From Carcharhinus longimanus (Eukaryota): a stretch of 64,000 nucleotides of DNA. Each line of letters opens with the position of its first letter. Position 1 is the first letter of the stretch. The position numbers were made by a program, and so were the translations under genes. Below, one piece after another: positions 12,577 to 25,984 of this stretch. The notes beneath the pieces are model-generated. The model did no database searches, was not told the DNA's origin, and was given only the letters and a program-made list of their open reading frames with translations. The DNA is taken from contig JASCQW010000105.1 of NCBI GenBank assembly GCA_030264375.1, positions 46,111,031-46,175,030 on the forward strand, given 5' to 3'.

Positions 12577-12983
12577 CTATATGTTTCTACCTAACATTCC
12601 CCATCCAGGTCATCTCATTTCACTCATCCATCCCCTATGGCCCCTCCTACTCCTCTGCCAAGCTATGACATCTCCATTGACTCAATAAACACTCTTGAGA
12701 TGAAGAGATAACAAGGTTTTGCTGAGAGACCAGACAGCAAATAGACTTGTTGAAATACCTGAGCTCCAGAGAAAACATTGCTTGAACGACAACTTAGGTT
12801 TTTTGATCCCTTCTGTCAGTTTCAAAATGTTTGTTTACACAATGTTAAGTAGTTTCAAAGGTTTTTGATGCTTTTGATACTCTAAGGGGTCTGGTTGATT
12901 AACACATATTTGCTTGTTGTGAAATGATCATCTTTAATTTTATAAATAAATTACTTTTTAAAAACACTTTTTACACATCCTAA

Positions 12984-13996
12984 TGTTACTTAATGGGTTA
13001 ATTATGTAAATTGGCTCAGTGGACATAAAAGTACCATTTCTTGGCGCAAAGGGCATAAGGGGTTGAAGAGTGGATGGAAGGGCAGTGCTTTCCGTAGAGA
13101 TTTGAGAGGGATCTCTTGAGATATCTTTTAAAAGAGTCGTCCGCGCAGACCAAGCTTTGTGACTACTGAGGAGCCATCGACTCTTAAAAACATGGATTGA
13201 TTCCATGAAATTTGTGGAGGTGCAGGACATGCCTGTCCTCACAATGGACCTGGCCAGATCAGGAGTGTTGGATGCAGGTGTTTGACAGGAACCAACTGAC
13301 ACACTTTAAAAGTCTTCCCAAAAAGCAGAGAGCTCTGAAATGGGTCAGGAATCCCAGAATCAGGACCCATTTGCCATTTTTGAAGGGTTTCTGAATCATC
13401 ACAACTCTGGAAATCCAGGCCTCTCTCTCAGAGTTGTGGACAGAGAGACAGAGAGGGAATAAGGTTTCAAAACCCAAATGCTGCAGCTAATGCAGTCAGT
13501 GAGAGGAGAAGGCTGCATGTCCTCTGCAAATCATCAGGCAGAACACAGGAGAGGGGACAGTTTCTAGTTCAATGAGATGTGTCCCATAGCAATCTAAAGA
13601 CTCCGGAAGCTCAGGAGAAATCACAAAGTAGACTGCTGCTCAAAATCATCTTGGAAACTCAACGTGACTGAGAGAAGATCTTTGGCGGTCATTTGGACTC
13701 AGTCAAACAGAGAGGCTCAAATGCACTAAAAGCTGGAACTGATTGGGGAGAGTTTCCGATAAAGACTAACTCTGTAGAGAGCTACAGGGGTTATCTGCAT
13801 GTAAGTCAATCATCAGGATTATCTTCTCTGTAGTTTAGAATATTAGTTTCTTATGAGGTAATGATACTCAGTATTGTTTTCAGTTTGTTACAGGTAATGA
13901 CACTTAAAACTTGAAACTAAACTTGTTCCTTTAAGTTGGTCACTGGTAATTCAAATCGTTTGTTTAAAATGATCAGTCTCTACTGGCATCCTAACA
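12984..13996 (+). mobile_element. Probable solo LTR (~1 kb)
   Basis: Inverted termini TGTTA...TAACA; purine-rich interior and T-rich 3' part as in fish Gypsy LTRs; TSD poor (cctaa/cctgg). Confidence 0.5.
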
Positions 13997-14279
13997 CCTG
14001 GGAAAATGCTAACTTAAAAGAAATTCAACTATTTAGATAAGCTTATGCAACTGGATTTATTTAGTTCAGATCCAGATGGATTAGAGATGTCCTTAATTAA
14101 ATTCATAAAATAACTGATATTAGCATGCCTATTCAGAGATTATCCCAGTTCAATACTTTGAAGGAGAATCAGGGAACATGACTCGAAACAATGTAAAAGT
14201 AGGAACAGACTGGATGTTCGGTAATCATTCACTCAGAGATTGGAGAGCCTCTGGAACATATTTCTTACCTGGTGGATTC

Positions 14280-14440
14280 TGACGCCCCAGAATGTTGGTG
14301 CCCCACCAGCTATGAGAATCAGGGGGGGTGGTGCTGGGGGGGCGGTGCTGGGGGGGCGGGAGAAGCAAACCACGGAAAGGTCCATTGGCATCAGGCAGGA
14401 TTTTACCATTTCGGGATGAGCAAGGCAATAAAATCCCACC
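14280..14440. mobile_element. MITE-like repeat, same family as 10616
   Basis: aggcaggattttacc...aataaaatcccaccc matches the end of the 10616 copy. Confidence 0.6.
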
Positions 14441-14569
14441 CTCTGCCTATCTTCAAGTGGCTTTATAGTGAACAGTTGGTCCAAACGATCAACAGTCTCA
14501 GTGAGGTGGAGTGGAATCTTCCAGTGTATTTTTTCTCATATTGGGCTTTGGTTGATACAGTGCTTCTTT

Positions 14570-14720
14570 CAACAATAACAAAAATGCACATCTTTCTATA
14601 GTGCCTTTAATAATACCCCTTAAAGCACTTCACAAAAGCATGATAAAATATGACACTAAGTCACACAAGGAGATATTAGGTCAGATAAATACAAACTTGG
14701 TTCAAGAGGTAAGTTTCAAA
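14570..14720 (-). mobile_element. L2-type LINE 3' end fragment
   Basis: aacaataac...tatagtgcctttaa...aaagcacttcaca...aaggagatattagg resembles the antisense L2-type 3' tail of sharks. Confidence 0.55.
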
Positions 14721-14724
14721 GAAA

Positions 14725-15330
14725 GTGGTCCAAAATTAAGGCAGATTTACCACATTGGGATAAGTTGCCCCTTTGTTTAGTTGGCAGGATTCAATCTATA
14801 AAAATGAACATTCTGTTCAGGTTCTTGTTTATTTTTCAATGTCTCCCCATCTTTTCACCAAAATCATTTTGTGTTATGATAAACAAATGGATATCAACAT
14901 TTGTCTGGACAGGCAGGACTCCTAAAGCCCATAGAGCAATATTTCAGACAGGGAAGCAGAATAGTGTACCAGCATTACCTAACCAACAGTACAATTATTG
15001 GGAGTATTGAATAGGTTTTATTATGGTGCCATGATCCAAGTATAAATCAGTGTCTTAAGGAAGCGCATTCCTGCTGCTCATTCTCTCTTTCTGGCTTAAC
15101 TTGGAAATAGTTTTAATGATGTCGTCAATATCTGGTTGGAAGCTCATTCCTGGGATCAAATATGAAACCAAGGTTGTGAGCAGTCTCGTTTCGTTCATTC
15201 GGTTGTCAGGGAGAGGGATCTGGAGTCTGTAATTAGGGAATGGGTAACGAGCGTGTACCATGATACTACAGTCACCATGGAGCATGGGCAGGTTTAATGG
15301 ATCAGCCATTCTTTTCTGCCGTTCAATTTT
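14725..15330 (+). mobile_element. L1-clade LINE ORF2 C-terminal fragment
   Basis: KIKADLPHWDKLPLCLVGRIQSIKMNILFRFLFIFQCLP...ISTFVW.GRTPK...ALPNQQYNYW matches the L1 motif W..LPLS..GRI..IKM.ILP...FIW...LALPN...YYW. Confidence 0.85.
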
Positions 15331-15895
15331 ATGTTTATAAANNNNNNNNNNNNNNNNNNNNNNNNNNNNNNNNNNNNNNNNNNNNNNNNNNNNNNNNNNN
15401 NNNNNNNNNNNNNNNNNNNNNNNNNNNNNNNNNNNNNNNNNTTATGTTTATAAACATGGCGGAATCCGTAACTTGATCCAACATCCTCTTTCACCTTTAC
15501 ATCTAAGAGCCCTGTAATAGTACTTGATCAATGGAATTCAATCACCAAAAAGAGAATACAGAACTTCTGATTCAACTATTGCTATGATGACAAAGAGTAT
15601 TTACATATAGCAAGATCTCCAAAGCAGCCAAACAGTTTAATAGCACATCTCAAGCTACTTTACAGGATTCTTTTAAAACCAAATTGGATAAGGTTCCTCA
15701 GAAATCACAGCAGGTATTCCATCAACCATAATTAGAAGTATCAGACCAAAGAGTGCCTTCAGCTGTTCACTGGTGCAATGGTTTCAAGATATTACAATCT
15801 CCAAAGGCAGCAAAATTTCAGAAAACTATCTTAACTCAGCATTACTGATACACTTCAAATAGTGCCTTGACTTGCATTCTACTTGTACCCTGCCT

Positions 15896-16203
15896 GGGAC
15901 TGCACAGTGGTTCGCACTGCTGCCTCACAGCACCAGGGACATGGGTTTGATTCCCAGCTTGGGTCACTTCTCTGCAGAATCTACATGTTCTCCCTGTGTC
16001 TGCGTGGTTTCCTCCAGGTGCTCCGATTTTCTCCCACAGTCTGAATGACATGGTGGTTAGGTGCACTGACCACATTAAATTTTCCCTCAGTGTATCTGAT
16101 CAGACACCAGAATGTGGTGACTCGGGGATTTTCACAGTAACCTCACTGCAGTGTTAATGTAAGCCTACTTGTGACACTAATAAATACATTTTAAACTTTA
16201 AAC
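15896..16203 (+). mobile_element. V-SINE-like SINE with alternative (non-CR1) tail
   Basis: Same head and core as the 9279 copy, but 3' end is ggattttcacagtaac...gtaagcctacttgtgacactaataaa...(ttaaact)n. Confidence 0.85.
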
Positions 16204-16329
16204 CCTTGTGATGTTTATTTTTAATTCATATTACAACACAAGCCATGGCAACAACTACCTTAAATTAAACCTGATTTTCTTTAACAAGATGTTTAATATG
16301 TTTTTCTCTTCTCAGGATAAGAGTGAAAC

Positions 16330-16620
16330 TAGGAAGGGCACATTTATTCACCATTTATAGTTGCCTTGAGAAAGGGGTGCTGGTTGTGGGCTTTCCCCTT
16401 GAATCAGTGGTGATGATGCTCATCCAATGGCATTAGATAGGAATTTCACAGGTTTAACCCAGTGATAAAGGAATGTCAATATATTTACAAGTTAGAATGA
16501 TGTATGACCTGAAGAGTAACTCAGGGACAATGGAAGTTCTATGACATTGGTGCTGGTGTCCTTCTTGGTGATAGAAATCGTACAATGGCAAAGCATCTTT
16601 AAATTAATTTTATGATTTGT
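16330..16620 (-). mobile_element. Decayed LINE 3' end, same family as 62132
   Basis: agttgccttgagaaaggggtg...ggaatttcacagg...gttagaatgatgtatgacctgaag parallels 62195-62400. Confidence 0.5.
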
Positions 16621-16639
16621 TGCACTGTGTGTTCAATAC

Positions 16640-17035
16640 TTAATTGGAGGAGGGCCAACTTCTGGTGGGTGAGAATGGAGCTGGTCCAGGTAAATCAGGA
16701 TCATAGATTGACAGACAAAACTGTAATTTAGCCATGGGCTACCTTTAAAGAACAGATAGTCTGGATACAGTCAGGTATATTCCCAAAGTTGGGAAAAGGG
16801 TAAGACAATAAAGCCAAGACTCCCTGAATGGTGAAAGAGACAGTGGGTGGGATTTTACAGCCTCACTCAGACGAGACCCCGCTTGAGGTCAACAGAGATC
16901 TCCGTTGTTGGACCCTCACACTTGATAGGCGAGGTGGTAGCGTTCTAGCCAGTGAGTAAAATAAAGCACAAAAAGGGCGTGTATGACAAATGTCAAGATA
17001 CTATGAAAGAACATGACTGCATAGAGCTTGTTCAG
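16640..17035 (+). mobile_element. CR1-type LINE fragment (EN-RT linker)
   Basis: tgggctacctttaaagaacagatag...atattccc...ccctgaatg resembles W..FK..I...Q..YIP....PWM. Confidence 0.55.
16845..16950. mobile_element. MITE-like repeat, same family as 29014
   Basis: gggtgggattttacagcc...cttgaggtcaac...ttctagcc, flanked by agt on both sides inside CR1. Confidence 0.65.
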
Positions 17036-20000
17036 AGTGGCTGTAAGACAGAGGGAACAGGATTTTCCAGCCCCTCCCAAAGATGGGATTGTCTGGCACC
17101 TTCGAAGAGAAAGCCCATTGTGGTGGGACCAGGAAGTCTGAGCAAGGGGCCATGATAGAGATGCTCTCCATCATGGCAGAAATTTCTGAAATAGCCAAAA
17201 CTTCAAATATCCTATCCCCAAATCTGGCACATCCCATCTTTGTGGAGGCAGGACTGACGACAATCTGGGGTTTACACATTTACGATTCGCAGAGTGCAGC
17301 TGACAATGTAAATCACCATTTGCGTCCATCAAAGCAGGATCGAGAGAGTGCAGATTAGAAAAGGTGATAGAAGGTCTGAACTTGTTGGATACATTTGTGC
17401 AGTCAGGGTACCTTGAGGTAAGGCACCAATTCAGTTTAAGTGAACATGATTATGAACTTTTTAATGCACAAAATCATTGGAGCTGTCACAGAACTGTTAA
17501 GGAGTTGTCCAAGAAATGGCAAAGCTGTCCAGGAAGTGACAAAGGATATGAGGTGAGTTGGCATGGATGGGGTAAGGGGAAAGGGGAAAATTGGTGCGTG
17601 CAGCCATGTATGGACATGAGTTGATACAAATTTAGCACAGGTCATAAGGGCAACACAAGTTACCAATGTGGGTATAGAGGCCTTGATGGGATAAGGATGA
17701 CGGGCATATGTTGGCATATCTTAACATGGCTTATGTGCCCCAATTCCTGTTTCAGCCACACTGCTTCTGCCACCACCCCGATTCCCTCCCTCCTCCCTGC
17801 CAACTAGGGACCTATTAGAGTGAATAATGCACGAAGAGCTGCCAGTTCCAATCACAACTGATTGCTGCCTTAATGTTAAGGGCAGTTTCTCATGAACAGT
17901 TTCAGAAAACATTTATAAATTTTCCTATCTGATTTTGGAACAGGCACATCCTGCATATTTTAATAAAACTGCTGTTTCAGCAGTTACCCATTGACAGCAA
18001 AGTTGGTTTGTTGTTGATAACTTGCAATAGCAAGAAAAAATGCCTTATTTATTCCCAAGTTGCAGGGGAGAGAAAAAAAAACCTTGCTCAGCCTGGTTGG
18101 AGAGATGCAACTGAATCATTTGAGTTCAATGGTCATTCAGTGTACTGTTTTTAAGTTATCTGGGTGGTACAATATCTGTTTATTTTCCCTGTATTTAACC
18201 ATCTTCCTTATTGTCAAAAATGCAACTCCTGATAAACCAGAATCAGAAAGAACGTCATCAATGGAATAAATGCATTCATCCAAAGAACAGCTGGCAATCC
18301 TTAGGCACAAGGTTTTTGATAGTCATTAGATAAAAGTTTTTAACAGCAATAAAGGCTGACAGATGTGCCAAGAGTGTCCATTAAGAGACTGGAATGTGTA
18401 AATGACAGAACAAAGGCACAGATTGAACAACCTGAGGAATGTGGTAGTTGGCCCTAGTGAGAAGGTGTTTGGAAAACAAGATGGAAAGCAGGATTTTAGA
18501 AATGGAAAAACAAAAATAATATAAAGTAATAAAAAAATTATGAAGAAAAGAAATTAAATCAAATAAGATGCTGTCAGACCTGCTGAGATTTTGCAGCATT
18601 TCCTGTTTTAGAGGCTTTTTTTCTCTCGTTCTGTAAATTATTTGCTAGCTGTTAACTTGGATATGCAATCAATTATTGATCCTTATGGAATCCAAGGTAA
18701 ATGTTGTTAAATAGTATGTCAGGTGAGCCTTTCCTACACTGCTGCTAAATCACAATTTCATTCCAGAAGAAGACACCTCACAAGTGGCAAATACTTCCCC
18801 ATGAAAAGGAAGGGTTAAATCAGAGTAAAAACATTGCTTGGGTTAAATCAGACCATCAACTACTAAGTATGGTTAGAGAACTAGGAAAGGGTATGGTGCT
18901 TAACTGTGGTGATAAAAAAAACAAGTAGGTTATGAGTTCACTTATCTCAGCTTCTCTCATTAATTAAAGATATGGCATTAAAGTGATTTTATTAATTCAA
19001 AAGCACTTTAATGTGTGCATGCACACGAGCACCTGCACGAGAGAAGTGTGTGAATGGGGGAATGAATAAACAGGCCCTTGATGTTTCCTTTCTGAATGTA
19101 TGCATATTGAAACATCTACAGCTGAAGAACTGAAATATATTTACAAAAATTCATTACTGAATATTTAAATAAACTACCAAATCATTTCATAACAGTCAAA
19201 TTTAAAAAGTGGAAAAGTAGCTTGCCTTGAAAAAAAATACATCCAGAAATTATGTTTTTTTTGGTAGCTCTCACTTTCATCACAAACCTAATTTATTTCT
19301 TTCTTTCGATGTTCTGTACAACATTCCATTCTACAATGAGAGGACATGCCACCTCGTTCTATTTCCCTCCCCCACAAAAGCACTGCAATCTGATTCAAGG
19401 CAGGATGTGGCAGATTTGTTGTCCTCTTCTGCTGAATTTGTCTCAATCCCACTGGTGAAATGTGTTTGCTTGGTCTTTCCCTGATGGGCCATTCAGGAAT
19501 GGTGGGAAATTCAATAGGGAGCAGCAGGATGTACAACTTCATGCCATAACTTTTGTTTTGGAAGCATTAGCCAGCAGCAACTTTCATTTCACTCACACAC
19601 ACTTTCATTTATATAGCTTTGTTTTAAATGGAAAAATGTCCCAGGGTGCTTCAGAGACATGAATCCAAAGAAATTTGTTGTGTATTCAAAGGTGAATAGG
19701 GGTTGCCATTGTTTTGTTCCTCAGAAATGGATTTAACTGAAGTGATTTGCTTTCTCTACAGAGATTTCAGTGACTTGCCTGCGCTTGTTTTTGAATTAAT
19801 GATTTCAGCCACAATGACACATGCTTGCAGTAAAAACATAACAGGCACTGAATACTCCCCATGCAGATTACTCAGAAGTACTGAAGTTTTCTTCCTTGCT
19901 TAATGCTGAACTATTCATAAAAATAAAACTGGTAAGCCTGTGACAGGAGTTGTGAAGGAGGAAAATGAAGAGCCTTGAGATAAATGGGGAGAGAAAATTC

Positions 20001-20690
20001 AGCAGGCATTTACCTTCATTTAAGAAATTTAAAGTAAGATAGTTTTGGAGCAAAATGTTCTCCACAAAAAGTGAGGGTTGGTTCAACAGGCCTACTACCC
20101 TAGTTAAAATGTGGGATTGAAAAATCATGTACAGAACTGTGTGCAATCGATTGCCATTTAAGTGTGGAACAGCGAGCAAACTAAAGAGCAGTTAGATGCA
20201 TCAAACAGTACTGGAGGGCTGGGTGGGTGCACAAACTCAACCCCAGGCAAGTTAAGCAATTTGAATAAAATAAATGCATATTTGCCTGAATTTGGATAAG
20301 AACAGCTGGTGAAGATTTTGATGACAAGTATGAAAAATGCTTATTTACATTTTTTAAAACTAGCCTCTTTTCCTGAAGCTTGTTACTATCTTCCTCATTG
20401 TTTACTACCTTTCCAAGGTTCAAATCAAAGCAAATCTTGAAATAATGCCCTGCATACACAGATCAAGATTATTAATATGCATCAGAAAGAACAATTGGTG
20501 CTAATACCTACCCCAGGTAGGAATTACCTGGGGTGAACCCTGCATAATTTCTTCAAGTCTGAAGAATACTACTCTCTGCCTTTTGTGATTCAACAAATTT
20601 TGTATCTCTGTCAACAGTGCACCATTATTAGTAAGGACTTCAATTTTGCTAGAAAATCATACAATATATTGTCAAATGTTTTTTCAAAGT

Positions 20691-21241
20691 ATGGCCCATA
20701 ACTTCCAATCTTATGAGGATTATACTCGGAAGTATCCCAGAATATGCAATGGGAGAATAATCCAACGTTCCAATTTAAAATATGAAACTTTGGTTAGTTC
20801 CAATAGTCTTGCCAGAAATAGTTACCCAGGAGAAGTTAGAATTAAAACTGCTTCTAATTCCCATAGCAAGAGTACAGAGCCCCTTCTCCAACTAACCTCC
20901 CATACACCCCAAATGATCAGTAAATCCAAGCCCCCTTCATACTCCTTCCATTCCCATCCCACCTCATGTCTTTACACGCTTATCTTCTCCCTGGGTTCTC
21001 AATGTGGCTGGGATCTTTATCCACTGATGTGCTTTATGACAGCTCGTGCCATTAAAAAAAAGGAGGGAATGGTTTCCTTTCATCTGACTCTGCCGTCCTT
21101 GATTGGAAACCTCAGGAAACCTGCTGCACTGTTTTCTCACCTTGTCCCAATAGGAAGGTCAAGGATGAAATCTGCAGCTACACTTCAAAGAAGCAGTGAC
21201 AATCCAACTTTGATTGCAACTCCTTGGAAGTTCAGACCCAT
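20691..21241. mobile_element. ~550-bp non-autonomous TIR element
   Basis: Imperfect terminal inverted repeats atggcccataacttccaa / ttggaagttcagacccat. Confidence 0.5.
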
Positions 21242-21279
21242 CGTACACAAAATAACAAACTCCTCCACTACTTAAAACA

Positions 21280-21720
21280 ACTCAATCAAGTTAGTTAAAC
21301 ACAAAATGTCTTTAACAAGCTGCCGTTGACTCCCACTTATTAGGGAATGCTTTGCCAAATACCAATTTATTTTGACCTGGCTATATTTTTCCCCAGCACT
21401 GATGCCAGGTTCACCAGGTTTATCCCTCTCCTTTTTTTAAACAAGTTGCAGATTTTCAATCCTCCAGTCCTCTCGCATCCCTGACCAGCACATCATCTAT
21501 TTTTGTTTTGGCAATTCCTTTAACTATGTGAGGCCTGTTTTTTTTTGTCACATACTAACAGCAACTTACGGGACCAACCTGCACGTCACTTGCGTGGGAA
21601 CTTTCAGGTTGTTGTGTGTTTGTGATTAGAGGGAACATTATCCGTCATTCACTCCCATATCCAAGGAAGATTTGATCCATAATCTATGCAATTTTCACCA
21701 TTATATCCCTTAGTAACATA
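21280..21720 (-). mobile_element. CR1-type LINE RT N-terminal fragment with an internal insert
   Basis: Antisense of PLFKKG..DKPG (ccaggtttatccctctcctttttttaaacaag...cctccagtcctct). Insert at about 21483-21640 ends in ttagagggaacatt, resembling a hAT terminal repeat. Confidence 0.6.
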
Positions 21721-24700
21721 GGGTTACATTCTACAGTCTCCCTGTGGCATGTTTCTCGGCAGCAGAAGCTGATCCTGTCGTCAGCGGTGCGATCTTCTGA
21801 TCCCACTATTCTAAATGGGATTTCCCACTAGATCCACCCACATTAGTGGGAAACATATAGAGTTGGTATGTCGCTGTCAGGATGAAAAGATCCTGCTAGT
21901 GTGAACAGCCAAAAGATGTTTCCCATCTTGAGAGAGGTAGAAATGACTTTTCTGATCCTCTTCATTTTAATTCTATTTTTGTCCAATATTGTACATAATA
22001 TTTTCAAATGTGATTTGGCAATAATCTACATTAGGTTGCATTAACTTGTAGCAAAATGGCCTTGAAATGCATCAAGCTAAACAAGTAATATGTTTACAAA
22101 TGGCTTTATGATGGATTATCTCATAACATTTTATTTTTCCTCTTGATCAATTACATCCTTTTATTGTGAATGCTTTATTTTTTCTGCTCCAACATGCATA
22201 ACCTTATATCTATCCTAATTAAACTTCATCTTTAGCTTATGCCAAATACTTGATTGTTGGTACATATATTACATTAAAAGAACTTTGCTGCCTTGGTTAA
22301 TGCAGTGAAGACTAAACGACATACCAGATAGCATCCCAAGTGTTCTTGCATTTAAGATTTTAGGTTAGGTGCCTGACATAATATGGGCTCTTTCTATTGC
22401 AGTGGTGGTGTCTCATTGATGAGATCTTGATATTTGTGTGTTTAAACATGAACACATTTATTGATAGGCTTCAACTATTTACATTTGAAAAGTATGGTCA
22501 TGCATGATGTTGCTCCACCATGCAGGCTAGTTGCTTACAAAATTTTGTGTCTAGACTGTTCTAACATGTGACTACAGATGTCACACCATGGGCGGTGCCA
22601 CCTTCCAGTCTCATGTTGAAGATACTCGATAGAGAAAAAGTTGTTATAATGCATACATGTGGCAACACCACAATATACAGTCAAAAGATCTTCCAAAATA
22701 TTTTTAGTTAGTGTATTTTCAGACCTTGAAATTATATGAGTGCTATAAAGAAACATTATTTCAAGGTGAAATATTACAATGGAAAGCAAAGGTCTCTTAC
22801 CTCAATTGTTCAATGCATAAAACTGAAAGAAAATCCCTATATAATGATATTCATAACCATTTCAGGATTGCTGAAGAATTATAGAAATTAAAATGGAGAA
22901 AGAGCATTTGGCTTTTTGCACCTGAACTGCCATTTACTCTCATCTCAATTCCCCTCTTCTTTCTCCGTGTCCTTTTTCACATGGTTAACCAATTCAATAT
23001 TATCACGGCAAAATTGATTAGTAAAATTTTCTTCTTGTAGCCTTTAGGTGTGATAAGATCATGGTGTTGATATGAGTGACATTTGATCCATTATTAGTGG
23101 CTTTTATTAAGCCTCTGCTCCTCTGAAAAGTCAATTTTCTAAATTGCATTTATTGCTACCAATGGCAGAATATTAATTGAGTAGTTTAAGCCAATTCTAT
23201 TTAATCTGATCCGGTCTATTGTCAAAAGATTTCTTTTGAAGAAACACAATAAAAGGTTCCGATTAGGAAAGGATTTCAAAATAATCTTCACATTCTGCTA
23301 CTGTTGCTCATCTGAAGTCAAAAGAACAAAAGTAGTCTAGTTATGATTTTTGTTATTAAATACAATTAAAAAGTAAAGATAATTTAATGACTCAGTAGTA
23401 TCTGAATACTTCAAAATCTAGGATCGAGTTGAATAATCAAAAGATAAAATGGTCAGGCATCCAGTCCCTGCAAACAATCACCATTCTGTTTGTCTCAGAG
23501 TGAATTTCACCATGAACTACATTGGCTGTCAAACTGAGATTCCCAGAACTGCTGCGACCTGTGCCCACTGTGAATTCCAATCATCTGCTGTCACTCCATT
23601 CAAAATGGACACATGTTCCAGCAGAAAGAATGAGCGGATCCACATNNNNNNNNNNAACAATGCTTCCCTGCAAATTTTACTCTGGGCCGTCTGGGAACAG
23701 AGGGAGTTGCTGCTTCTCAGTGATAGCATCAGGAAACCTCTCATGCTTGAATAAGGTGACCATTACAAGCGTGGAATCCACGTGAAAATAAATGCCATAA
23801 GAGAGTTAACTAACTCCTGTGCTCCGCTAGGGTGAGTGGCACTCAGTGAAATTGAAAACTATGTAAATGTGCAAGTGGAGAGGTATGCAGGCACCAAATT
23901 GAGTTCTAGGCAGAAGACTGGGTTCTAAGCCTCAGCACCAAATGAAGCATGTGGACTGAATATGTAAAAGTTTCACCAGTTGCAGGAGAGTATCTGTGTG
24001 GAACACCTCCTGGGAAGGAAACATTAGCTGTCAGATGTTTGCTGTCCAACTGTCTGTTAAGGTGTTACTCAATCCTTCTGTCTAACCACAGGATAAAAGA
24101 GAGCAGAATATCAGGAAGTACTCAAAGACTAGTGGCGATATACCTCCTCTATGCATATTGAGCCCTGCAGAGGAGGAAGCAGTCAATCAAGGTGAGGACT
24201 CGAGCAGATGCTTAGTTGTGGACAGCAAGGCCAAAATGCCAACATTTAAAAAAAGTGGATATTTGCAACCTGATATCAAAAATTGGACATATTGAAGACT
24301 GGGAAAAAGGATTGTGCATGAGCTCAAGTTAATTCTGTGTTCTCCACTGCAGACACTCACAATCAGGGGGCCTATTGCACACAGACTGTAGCAAGCCAGA
24401 ACATGACCTTTCTGAATGTTGACATGCAACACTCAGAGGCTGCACTGTTATATCATTGCCCACACATTCCAGCAATGCAGAAACAGTCACCTTTGTGAGA
24501 ATGTGTTCACAATCAGGCTCACAGTCACAATCTGGTGAACACTTCATAGACGCGTTTTAGCAGCTAATGGAGGATCTAACAGTTCTAACAAATCATAGAG
24601 GCTACGCACTGCCTTGAGTGAATGGTGGAGAATTCAATCCAAGCATTAGTTCTGTCAAAACTCCGATATGAGTGTGCATAGTTTACTCCATGGAGGAGTT

Positions 24701-25984
24701 GGCAGCTTGTAGAAAACTCAGTGGATTCTGGGCATGTGCTTTGACCTGCATTCCATTATTCTGGTCATGGGCTTGAATGCACCATTGGTTCAGTGAAAGG
24801 AGAAAGAGGCATTGTTTTCACTCTTCTGGTATCCCTCCTCTTCCTGTGGTCAGAGGGATGTTATTCCTGGAAGCTATCATGTTTTCCCCTTTTCCTTCTT
24901 CATCTTTGACCTCCCTCCATCTTCCTTGACCCTACACCCATCACCAGTACCTTGCCTTATGTGACCCTCGAATAATCTATCACCACCCTTGATCAACTCT
25001 GAGAGCCCACAGATGGCCCTTGGCATCCTGGACCTAGCTACTGTTATCTTCAGTCCTAAATCAACACTCTTAACTTGCCCTTGGTTACCTCAATTCTTAA
25101 AATCTCAACATTGACTTTCCCACAATATTCCTTGATCTTGCTCTATTATGTTTGATCTGCATTCGGTAGAGATTGACCTTCCCTCTGTCATCCAGTGCCA
25201 TTGTGCTGACCCCCATGGCACTCTCTAGGCCCACCGTGATCCATCCTCCTTTCCAAGAACATCCTTGGGGTGGTTATGACTCGATCTCCCTGCCTTGGGT
25301 AGCTGGGCTCTGACCTCCTTGGTCTGCCAGCAGCGTCCCTTCCACAGACAGCAATGCCTCAAGCTCCCTGTAAAACTGCCGCTTGAGCTTAATGTAACAA
25401 TTCAGCCTCCTCTCCCGGTCTTAAAAAGATTCCCCATACAAGAAAAGCAGCTTCCACTGACTCCAAATCTGAAAATTGCTTCACCTTCTGCACATCACTT
25501 TTAACCATGCATGAATCTGGAGGCACATGTTTCTCATTTGCAGCTAACTTGATTGCAAATATACAATTTAATCTGACGACCATGTGTTTTAATAAGTACG
25601 CATGACATGTTAATCCATTAAAAATAGGTCCCTGACACTTGCCTTCGGGAACCACAATCCGCCTTTAATCCACCACCTACTTACTTCCCAACTTTCATCC
25701 TCCTGCTGAGAAGTTGACATTTCACCTCCCGCACAATTAAGTGCCTCCGCCTGCCTCATTTCCTGCTGCTGGGGAGTATTATTAGATTCCACGTCATTTC
25801 ACAGTACAAGCCCTGCAATATCTCACTCAAGCAGCCACACTGAATTATGTAGAAATAGAAGTACTACACAAAAATGATCCGTTCAGCCCAGTCTGTGTCT
25901 GTATTTATCCTTCATCCAAGAAGTTTCAGTTGTGAGCAGGAATAGTACATTATAATTCAAAATAGATGCCAGGGTGCACTTGTT

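Noticed and set aside
15329-15455. Direct repeat ttatgtttataaa on both sides of a 100-N gap
   Set aside because: Typical contig-end overlap in scaffolding, not evidence of biology.
20510-20534. Perfect 10-bp hairpin accccaggta-ggaat-tacctggggt
   Set aside because: Too short for a pre-miRNA, with no supporting context; plausible by chance in 64 kb.
20646-21275. Longest gap-free ORF (209 aa)
   Set aside because: TTG start, no recognisable domain, and it coincides with a TIR-bounded repeat; most likely chance.
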